A stretch of DNA of 64,000 nt. It comes from Clostridia bacterium (GTDB lineage: Bacteria; Bacillota; Clostridia; Monoglobales; Monoglobaceae). A program made the position numbers and the translations under genes. The notes below the pieces were generated by a model. The model was not told the DNA's origin, did no database searches, and saw only the letters and a list, made by a program, of their open reading frames with translations. Location of the stretch: assembly GCA_045648175.1 (NCBI GenBank), contig JAZRNN010000029.1, positions 9,414-73,413 of the forward strand, given 5' to 3'. Shown piece by piece: positions 17,432 through 24,931 of this stretch (position 1 is the first letter of the stretch; every line of letters starts with the position of its first letter).

Positions 17432-18466
17432 TTATCTCACCTCTTCAAAGCATTTCTTCGCCAGTTCTATAACCTCACTGCACTTCATAGTTTTTTGTTC
17501 AAAGCAGCCAGCTTCTGGCACGGTCGTTACTGTCACAAATTCACCAACTGCCTTTTTATCGTGAAATGCCGCCTCTTTAATCTTATCCCAGTCAAATTTA
17601 AGCAGATTATATAAATTACATTTTTTCAAGACTTCAATTACTCTTGGTCTTAGTTTTTCATCACACATCGGTATTAACCCCAGAGCAACACACTCGCCAT
17701 GATAAAGTTCTGACATATTTCCGCTGCTTTCGATTCCATGCCCGACAGTATGACCGAAATTAAGTATCTTCCGCAATCCTGATTCTTTTTCATCCTGCTC
17801 TACAACATTCTTTTTTATGTTAAGTGAGCTAATTATAATTTCATCAATATTCTCTTTTATATCATTCTTTTCAAATATTTTAAAAAGCTCCTTATCAGAA
17901 GTCAAAGCCATTTTTATTGCTTCGGCAAGACCATTTGAAAATTGTCTTTCTGGTAATGTATTTAAAAGTTCGGGGTCTATCAAGACCTTCTTTGGCTGAT
18001 AAATTGCGCCTACGATATTTTTCACTCCGCCAAAATTGATTGCCGTTTTTCCACCGATTGAAGAGTCGATCTGCGAAAGTAATGTTGTGGGAATATTATA
18101 AAAATCAATTCCACGCATATATGCTGATGCGGCAAACCCCGAAAGGTCGCCCACAACCCCGCCGCCTACTGCAACAACACAATCCTTCCTTGAAAAATTG
18201 TTTTCAAGCATCTTTTGAATAAGTTCTCCAAAAACTTCGAGACTTTTTGATTCTTCACCGGATTTTACGGTGCAGATAACGGCTTCTTTGCTTTGGCTTG
18301 CAACTGTCTGTGCATAATTTTCAGGCACACCTGAGTCGGTTACTATAAAAACTCGTCTGTCTAAGTTCAGGTGCTTGCCTGCATCCTTTAAAATTCCTCT
18401 TTCAACAACTATGTCATAACTGTTTTCTTTTAAGTCCATATGTATATTCATATTAAAATACCTCAT
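17432..18466 (-). CDS. aroB: 3-dehydroquinate synthase.
   Basis: 344 aa with VAVGGGVVGDLSGFAAS, NFGHTVGHGIE motifs. Its start overlaps the pheA stop in an ATGA. Confidence 0.92.
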   Translation of the reverse strand: MRYFNMNIHMDLKENSYDIVVERGILKDAGKHLNLDRRVFIVTDSGVPENYAQTVASQSKEAVICTVKSGEESKSLEVFGELIQKMLENNFSRKDCVVAVGGGVVGDLSGFAASAYMRGIDFYNIPTTLLSQIDSSIGGKTAINFGGVKNIVGAIYQPKKVLIDPELLNTLPERQFSNGLAEAIKMALTSDKELFKIFEKNDIKENIDEIIISSLNIKKNVVEQDEKESGLRKILNFGHTVGHGIESSGNMSELYHGECVALGLIPMCDEKLRPRVIEVLKKCNLYNLLKFDWDKIKEAAFHDKKAVGEFVTVTTVPEAGCFEQKTMKCSEVIELAKKCFEEVR

Positions 18467-19551
18467 ATTTCACTGTGTGGTGCAAAAGTACCTGCAACCT
18501 TAAGCTTATCGCACACTTCATTTAATTCTTCAAGCATTCTTCTGCCTTCTTCTGTTGCGGTTGTTCCGTCAATTTCTATATAGAAATAATATTGCCACGA
18601 GTGTTTTTTCAGCGGTCTGCTTCTCAGTGCGGTCATATTATAGCCATATTCACCAATGATACCTATTGCATTTGCAAGAGAACCCGCTTCATTCTTAACA
18701 GTAAACATTAAAACAGATTTTGAAAGTGAAGGTGAATTTGCTTTCACTTTTGATAGCACTGCAAAACGGGTGGTATTTTCTCCGCTTTTGTTTATGTTTG
18801 CTTCCAGAATTTTGAGTCCGTAAATTTCTGCTGTTTCCATACTTGCAACTGCACCAAGAGATTTATCATTTATATCCGCAACAATTTTAGCCGCCACTGC
18901 AGTATTGTTTGCCTCCTCAGTATTAAAACCTCGCAGATTTATGTAGTCATGGCATTGGGAAAGGGCCTGCGGATGACTTATGACCTTTTTGATATCTTCA
19001 ACTGTTGCACCGGGAACACCCATCAAATTCTGATGAATTTCAAGTTCATAAATTCCGTTTATGAATAGTCCACCCGAAAAGATAAGGTCGATTGTCTGCC
19101 CAACTTCACCGGCATAACTGTTTTCAATAGGAAGAACGGCTACATCACATTCTCCGTTTATAACCGCATCATAAGCAGATTTGAAATCACGATATGATAC
19201 TCTGTTGCTGTCGGGGAATATTCTTCCTGCCGCAATGTGAGCAAAAGCGCCCTCAACGCCACTGAATGCAACCTTTAGCCCGCTTTGCATACGGGATTGA
19301 TATGCCCGCGAAACAGACATAAGGTTTTTGATAAAATCTATGTAATAGCCCTTTAAAACCTCATCCTTAATCAAAGCCGAGTTCTTTTCAACAACCTCAT
19401 CTTCGCGCTTTTGGTCAAGAATAGGAAGACCAAACTCCTTTTTATATTCAAAAACCATTTCGGCAGCTTTCATTCTCTCTGTAAAAAGCTCTGCCATTTT
19501 TGAATCAACCTCATTAATGATTTTCCTTGCCTCATCTAATTTATTGGCCAT
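18463..19551 (-). CDS. pheA: Bifunctional chorismate mutase / prephenate dehydratase.
   Basis: 362 aa, comprising an N-terminal CM_2-like helix bundle, a PDT domain (ENSYAGEV...) and a C-terminal ACT domain. Confidence 0.9.
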   Translation of the reverse strand: MANKLDEARKIINEVDSKMAELFTERMKAAEMVFEYKKEFGLPILDQKREDEVVEKNSALIKDEVLKGYYIDFIKNLMSVSRAYQSRMQSGLKVAFSGVEGAFAHIAAGRIFPDSNRVSYRDFKSAYDAVINGECDVAVLPIENSYAGEVGQTIDLIFSGGLFINGIYELEIHQNLMGVPGATVEDIKKVISHPQALSQCHDYINLRGFNTEEANNTAVAAKIVADINDKSLGAVASMETAEIYGLKILEANINKSGENTTRFAVLSKVKANSPSLSKSVLMFTVKNEAGSLANAIGIIGEYGYNMTALRSRPLKKHSWQYYFYIEIDGTTATEEGRRMLEELNEVCDKLKVAGTFAPHSEI

Positions 19552-19671
19552 TTTTAAAACTTCCTTTCAAAAGAACATTGCGGCTTCACCGCGCTCACCT
19601 CAACCCGCACCTTTTTTGCGGTGTAACTGGCATTAATTTGTTTTTGTAATAGAAAATTACACGTTTTCTAT

Positions 19672-19708
19672 ATAAAAAACCTCACTTGTGCAGTTACAAG
19701 TGAGGTCT
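19672..19708 (-). terminator. Rho-independent terminator downstream of the 35-aa ORF (and ssrA).
   Basis: The minus strand reads AGACCTCACTTGT-AACTGC-ACAAGTGAGGTTTTTTA, an 11-bp perfect stem followed by a T-run. Confidence 0.85.
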
Positions 19709-19750
19709 TAAAATCTTATTTTTATTATTCAAATAATCTTTAAAACTGTT

Positions 19751-19858
19751 CTATATTCTCACAAGTAACTTTTTCATAGCAAAATAAGCATAGCCAAAAT
19801 AAAAGACTACGCCCAAGCTAAAAAAATATTTACCTGTATTCATAAGAGCCAATTTCAT
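19751..19858 (-). CDS. 35-aa hydrophobic small protein (MKLALMNTGKYFFSLGVVFYFGYAYFAMKKLLVRI).
   Basis: Below the ORF-track size cutoff and found manually. A GAAGG RBS lies 8 nt upstream of the ATG. The gene has its own near-consensus promoter (19890-19918) and its own terminator (19672-19708). The product has one predicted TM helix and a basic C-terminus. Confidence 0.45.
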   Translation of the reverse strand: MKLALMNTGKYFFSLGVVFYFGYAYFAMKKLLVRI

Positions 19859-19889
19859 ATCAATTACCTTCAAAAGTAAATTTTCATTC

Positions 19890-19918
19890 ATTCTATCACT
19901 TTCAAAGTGATTTGTCAA
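19890..19918 (-). promoter_or_regulatory. SigmaA-type promoter for the 35-aa ORF.
   Basis: The minus strand reads TTGACA, a 17-nt spacer, then TAGAAT, with a TG extended -10 (gTGaTAGAAT). Confidence 0.6.
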
Positions 19919-19959
19919 TAAGGAATATAAAATTTTTATAACTTATCTTACATTTGCTT

Positions 19960-20309
19960 TGGTGGAGGCGAGGGGAGTTGAACCCCTGTCCGAAAATCTA
20001 TCCATATCTGGCGCTACGAGTGTAGTTTGTGGTCAATCTTCCCGGCTAGTACAGTCCACAAACAAACTGTAATAACCGGTAGCTTCATAAATTCATGACC
20101 CGATCAAAGCTTTTCGGATTCACGTTCACCGCTGGTTTTGATACCCGGATTTCCCGTCGCGGTAACAGGAAGCGGGCAGCGCCTATAACTTAGGCAGCGT
20201 AAGCTAAATTCTTATTAGCGTTTAATTTTAAGTTTGACCTTGTTAACGCAGTTGCCTCTGCGACTCGCTCCAAATACTTCAAAATCCCCGTCGAAACCAT
20301 TACGCCCCC
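19960..20309 (-). ncRNA. ssrA: tmRNA (SsrA), about 350 nt.
   Basis: The 5' end is GGGGGCGTAATGGTTTCGACGGGG. The 3' end is GGACAGGGGTTCAACTCCCCTCGCCTCCACCA (tRNA-Ala-like acceptor/T-arm with CCA). The internal tag reading frame GCT AAT AAG AAT TTA GCT TAC GCT GCC TAA gives ANKNLAYAA. The gene lies adjacent to smpB. Confidence 0.95.
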
Positions 20310-20319
20310 ATATTTAATT

Positions 20320-20790
20320 TTATCTAAGCTGCTCTTTTAAGGCACGATCTATATTTCTTTTTGCATCACGCTCGGCAATTGCATCACGCTTGTCATAGTT
20401 CTTTTTTCCTCGGCACAAGCCAAGTGCAACTTTAACATAAGAGCCCTTGAAATATATCTCCAATGGAATCAGTGTGTAGCCCTGCTGCTGAGTAAGACCG
20501 ATGAGTTTGTTTATTTCACGACGATGAAGCAAAAGCTTGCGCGGTCTTAATGGGTCGCGATTAAAGATGTTGCCCTTTTCATAAGGTGAAATATGCATTC
20601 CTATAAGAATTGCCTCACCGGTTTTGACCGAAACATAACTGTCTTTAAGATTTACCTTGCCTTCACGAACAGACTTTACCTCGGTGCCAAACAAAGAAAT
20701 ACCGGTTTCATATGTCTCGTCCACAAAATAGTCATGAAAGGCTTTTTTGTTTTTTGAAACAGATTTTATTTTTGTTTTACCTTCTGCCAT
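20320..20790 (-). CDS. smpB: SsrA-binding protein.
   Basis: 156 aa with typical SmpB sequence (NKKAFHDY...GTEVKS...LLLHRREI). Confidence 0.96.
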   Translation of the reverse strand: MAEGKTKIKSVSKNKKAFHDYFVDETYETGISLFGTEVKSVREGKVNLKDSYVSVKTGEAILIGMHISPYEKGNIFNRDPLRPRKLLLHRREINKLIGLTQQQGYTLIPLEIYFKGSYVKVALGLCRGKKNYDKRDAIAERDAKRNIDRALKEQLR

Positions 20791-20830
20791 AAGACATATT
20801 CAACTCCTTTCTTTAACACCCAATGCATTT

Positions 20831-20859
20831 AGTATATCCCATAAACGCAGTTTAGTCAA
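20831..20859 (-). promoter_or_regulatory. Putative sigmaA promoter of smpB-ssrA.
   Basis: The minus strand reads TTGACT, a 17-nt spacer, then TATACT, about 40 nt upstream of the smpB ATG. Confidence 0.45.
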
Positions 20860-20900
20860 TGTCAAAAAACTTTATATTTTGTTTCATTTTGGTAACATTT

Positions 20901-22673
20901 TTACGCCGCATTCATTGGCAGCTTAATTATTACACGGGTATACTGACCAACCTTACTCTCCATAGAAATTTTTCCTTTATGGTTCTCGATAATTTCTTTG
21001 GCAATAGCAAGCCCCAACCCTGTGCCGCCCTGCTCACGCGATCGTGCCTTGTCAACACGGTAAAAACGTTCAAATATGTGATCAATATCTCCTTCGGGGA
21101 TTCCAATTCCATTGTCTTCTATTTTAATGTAAACCTCGTTGTTTATAAACCCCGTATAGACGCCAATTGTGCCATTTTCAGGTGTGTATTTCATAGAATT
21201 TGATATAATATTCTTAACTGCACGTTCAAGCTGAAATCTGTCTGCATAAACCATAGGAATAGCGTTTACCACATTAAAAAGCATCTCCTGATTTTTATTT
21301 TCAGCTTCAATCCGGAAGGTTTCAACCACTTCTCTCAGCATTTCACCTAAATCAAAGGCTTCCATATTCATTTCCACACTCTGCGCATCAAATTTAGAAA
21401 GAGTAAGAAGATTTTTAACAAGATTTGTCATCTTGGCAGTCTCATTCTGTATGGTCTTTAAAAAAGAAACCTCCATTTCTTCGCCCACCGGATAGTTATC
21501 AAGAAGGGTTTCGGTATATGTGCCAATTGTCGTAAGCGGTGTTTTTAACTCGTGAGAAACTTCTGCGACAAATTTCTTGCGCGACCTGTCAAGGTTAAAT
21601 TCCTCGGTAACGTCGCTGAATACGCAAATCACACCTGCTACACGGTTTTCTTCCATTTTAAAAGGCAAGAAATATGCCTTTATGTGCTTGTTGTTTATCT
21701 CAATCTCACGGCTTTCTGTACGGAATTTTGTAAGATACATAAACTCTGCCATACAAATATTTGAATTGAGACCCTCAAAAAATCTGTCGAACCGTATACT
21801 TTCAATTTCATCAATGTTCATCATATTTTTTGCAGCACTATTTATTGAAATTATTTCCTGAGATGTAGAGAACGCCATGATTCCGTTATTTATGTTTTCC
21901 AAAATAACTTCAAGCTTATGTTTTTCACCGGCTACGGCATTAATCGCATTTTTCATTACACCGCCCATATAGTTAAAGGTTTCTACCAACGTGCCTATTT
22001 CGTCCTGAGAGAAAACCTCAAGGTTTGAATCAAAATTACCCTCAGCAAAGTCCTCTGCTTTTTCAGTTAAAACGGAAATAGGATTTGTTATGGTTTTTGA
22101 AAGAAAAAATCCCAAAAGAATTGACGCTAACGCACCAAACAACAGCGCCTGAATTATAATGTAAAGCATATTTCGTGTCAGTACATTTACACCTTGCTTA
22201 TTGTCCTTTACATAAATTATATAATCACTTCCGCCTCCTTCTATAAAATATGCATAATCCATATATCCGGCAGTAAATCGCAAACTTTTTCCCACTTGCC
22301 CCGTCATTGCCTGAAGAATGTTCGGTGTTTTTTCAAGAGATTCTGTCCCTGTGCTGGTTGAAACAATTCTTGACGCATCCGCTGCATTAAGAACAGCACA
22401 CTGACGTTGCTCGGAAAGACCAAGCTGAGATGAATATGCCGAAATAACCGTATTTATACGATTCACTCTTTCCTGCCCTTGCAAGTCAGAAAGAAGGGTC
22501 TGTGTCATAGCAGTGGTAAACTCTCCGGACATAACTTTATCCATTTGCTCGTTAAAGGAATTTGTATACATCTTGACAATACTGTTGAACATATACGCCC
22601 CAATAACAATCATAATTGCAAGAACCAACGCTACAAAAAGTACAACTATTTTCCATTGCATTTTTTTGAACAT
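20901..22673 (-). CDS. Membrane sensor histidine kinase (2 TM + extracytoplasmic loop, HAMP, PAS, HisKA, HATPase_c), WalK/PhoR-like. No adjacent response regulator.
   Basis: 590 aa with the H-box FVAEVSHELKTPLTTI and the N/G boxes NIISNSMKYTP, DNGIGIP, GGTGLGLAIAKEI. Confidence 0.9.
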   Translation of the reverse strand: MFKKMQWKIVVLFVALVLAIMIVIGAYMFNSIVKMYTNSFNEQMDKVMSGEFTTAMTQTLLSDLQGQERVNRINTVISAYSSQLGLSEQRQCAVLNAADASRIVSTSTGTESLEKTPNILQAMTGQVGKSLRFTAGYMDYAYFIEGGGSDYIIYVKDNKQGVNVLTRNMLYIIIQALLFGALASILLGFFLSKTITNPISVLTEKAEDFAEGNFDSNLEVFSQDEIGTLVETFNYMGGVMKNAINAVAGEKHKLEVILENINNGIMAFSTSQEIISINSAAKNMMNIDEIESIRFDRFFEGLNSNICMAEFMYLTKFRTESREIEINNKHIKAYFLPFKMEENRVAGVICVFSDVTEEFNLDRSRKKFVAEVSHELKTPLTTIGTYTETLLDNYPVGEEMEVSFLKTIQNETAKMTNLVKNLLTLSKFDAQSVEMNMEAFDLGEMLREVVETFRIEAENKNQEMLFNVVNAIPMVYADRFQLERAVKNIISNSMKYTPENGTIGVYTGFINNEVYIKIEDNGIGIPEGDIDHIFERFYRVDKARSREQGGTGLGLAIAKEIIENHKGKISMESKVGQYTRVIIKLPMNAA

Positions 22674-22692
22674 AATTCAGTTTCTCCATTAA

Positions 22693-24921
22693 TTATCTGC
22701 ATTTGTTTTTTGTCAGATATTCATAATCACTTTGTCTTTCTGTTAAAACTTCACGAAACGCCTTGGCTGTTGCTGCATAGTAGATTTGCGAAGCACTTCC
22801 CGCAGGCGAGCTTTTCGCCAGTTTCTCGGCTTTTACTGCACGTTCACGAACATTTATGTCATTCCAGTCCTGAGGAGCATAAAGGTCGCGACGAAGTCTA
22901 TGCTGTGTCATTATCCCCGAATATGCAGTTTTTTCAATATGCTCCACAGTAAATCTGTCGCACGCTACACGATGCTCTACAACCGAGTCAGCATTAAGAC
23001 CAACCTTCATATGAATTTGTTCCATCATAAAGCAAACAAGCGTTTCCTCGCCTCCGGCATAATTGTTTCCCACTCTGCCGTAGTTACACCTGAATCCGCC
23101 AATCATACGCAAACAATCATTCCGTACAGCAAAATTTGCACCATATGGAAACTCGCCATAGTCCTTCGCATAACGAAAGCCCTTTCCTTCAATCTTTAAA
23201 TTGCTCCAAAGGCCTATTGTGTTATCATTTACCAAATCACCTGCATTTTCGGGAACTGTCAATAATACCTGTCCTCCACAGGCACCAAGAGACGGTCTTC
23301 CCTCAAAAGATTTTATTGTTTCGCTGACTAAGTTGTTTTTTGCAATTGAATCGTCATCCACATACAGGATAATTTCTCCCTTTGCCGCCCACATACCACA
23401 GTTGCGGGCAAATGAAAGACCCTTTTGCGGAGCTGTTATATAGTTGACAGAAATGGTTGGATATTTTTGACGTATCTCCTGCACATACTCTTTAAGTGCC
23501 ACTTCACGAATATTATTATTTACAAAAACAATTTCAAATTTGTCGGGGTTTGCACGTTGGTTACATAGCGCCTCCATACACTCTTTCAGCGTATCTGACA
23601 TTTTATGTGTGCACAAAACTATTGATAATTTTTTGGTATACGTATCTGTCTCCTGAAGTCGACCTTCAAGAGCATAAAGCATATCATTTTTTGCCTTTGC
23701 ATCAATAAACGAGAATAGTGTTTCAATGTCATCCGTTATATACCCGTTGTAATCCTTGCCAACACATTCACTGAGCGCTACCTTAAAATCAAAGCCCTCT
23801 TCACTATTTGTATTAATTGCCACCTTAATCGCATCCTTTGGCAGTATAACATCTGTTTCTGTTTCACCAAAAGCTGCATATATCAAATTAGAAGCGCTGC
23901 CGCCAAAAAACAGCTCGGGGAAATCTTCCTTTACAAGAATAATGTGCCCTGCTTTTTCAAGCTGTTTTTTAAACTTTTCCAAAACCTCTCTGTTTTCCTC
24001 GTCTGATTTTATATACCAAAGAAGGGGCGTCAGATAAAAATCACGTCTAAAGTCATCATAAACCATCAACTTATAACGATTTGCAGTAATCCCTAACTCC
24101 TTGTCTTTTGCAGTAAGCGAGCCATCGTGCCAGCGATACGAATATATTGGCTTTATAAACGATGTATGACGAAGTTTAAGCAAAGAATTCATTCTCATCC
24201 AATAGTCATAATCTTCCAGCGTGTGTTTATAACTTGAATAACAGCCTAAAATTTCTGCCGCAGCTTTTCTGTACATAAATGCTGCACCAATGGTGTTGTT
24301 GGCATATGTATTAAGCTCGTATGCATTATTGGGGAAAATTACATTCCCGCTGCCTAGGGGATATTCAAACCAGCCGTGCTTGGAGAACTTCTTTCCCTTA
24401 GCATTTATTAACCGCATATTGCCCCATACCATCGCTGTTTGCGGATTTTTCTTCAACTCCTCAACCATTTTTTCAAGGAAGTCTTCGTCCATTACATTAT
24501 CAGCACTTGTCCAGGTTAAAAACTCGCCTTTGGCTTCGCAGAATCCTCTTGACAAGGTACGTGGAATTTTTTTATTTTCTTGTGTAAGAACCCGAATTCT
24601 GCTGTCTTGTTGAGCAAAACTCTCGGCTATCTCAAGAGTGTTATCCTTAGAGCCGTCGTTAATTATAATCAGTTCGAAATCTGTATAGGTCTGGCGTAAA
24701 ACCGATTCAATAGAGTCGGCAAGAATATCACCGCCATTATATACAGGAAGAACTACAGATATTAAATCCTTCACCATAGGAACATGCACCTTGGTAATGT
24801 CAAGTGGATATTTTGTATCCCTTTCTTCCTTATATCTCAAAAATTTATATTGGTACAGGTTGAGAAACCTTTCCTCAGGCTCCCGTACACCAAATAAGAA
24901 CTTTTTCAAATTGTTGAACAT
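22693..24921 (-). CDS. Two-domain glycosyltransferase (two family-2 GT modules), 742 aa.
   Basis: The N-terminal GT2 module carries VVLPVYNG...IIINDGSKD...TSADN. The second GT2 module carries LSIVLCTH...LYVDDDS. It is a clear paralog of the next gene (roughly 60% identity by eye over the N-terminal half). Confidence 0.88.
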   Translation of the reverse strand: MFNNLKKFLFGVREPEERFLNLYQYKFLRYKEERDTKYPLDITKVHVPMVKDLISVVLPVYNGGDILADSIESVLRQTYTDFELIIINDGSKDNTLEIAESFAQQDSRIRVLTQENKKIPRTLSRGFCEAKGEFLTWTSADNVMDEDFLEKMVEELKKNPQTAMVWGNMRLINAKGKKFSKHGWFEYPLGSGNVIFPNNAYELNTYANNTIGAAFMYRKAAAEILGCYSSYKHTLEDYDYWMRMNSLLKLRHTSFIKPIYSYRWHDGSLTAKDKELGITANRYKLMVYDDFRRDFYLTPLLWYIKSDEENREVLEKFKKQLEKAGHIILVKEDFPELFFGGSASNLIYAAFGETETDVILPKDAIKVAINTNSEEGFDFKVALSECVGKDYNGYITDDIETLFSFIDAKAKNDMLYALEGRLQETDTYTKKLSIVLCTHKMSDTLKECMEALCNQRANPDKFEIVFVNNNIREVALKEYVQEIRQKYPTISVNYITAPQKGLSFARNCGMWAAKGEIILYVDDDSIAKNNLVSETIKSFEGRPSLGACGGQVLLTVPENAGDLVNDNTIGLWSNLKIEGKGFRYAKDYGEFPYGANFAVRNDCLRMIGGFRCNYGRVGNNYAGGEETLVCFMMEQIHMKVGLNADSVVEHRVACDRFTVEHIEKTAYSGIMTQHRLRRDLYAPQDWNDINVRERAVKAEKLAKSSPAGSASQIYYAATAKAFREVLTERQSDYEYLTKNKCR

Positions 24922-24931
24922 TGATGAATTC

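Noticed and set aside
19552-19671. T-box, attenuator or leader peptide upstream of pheA (aro operon).
   Set aside because: Only about 120 nt are available. I found no T-box consensus (AANNNGGGTGGTACCGCG-like), no specifier-loop architecture and no Phe/Tyr/Trp-rich leader ORF. There are only weak GC hairpins (GCGG-TGAAG-CCGC). I cannot call anything here.
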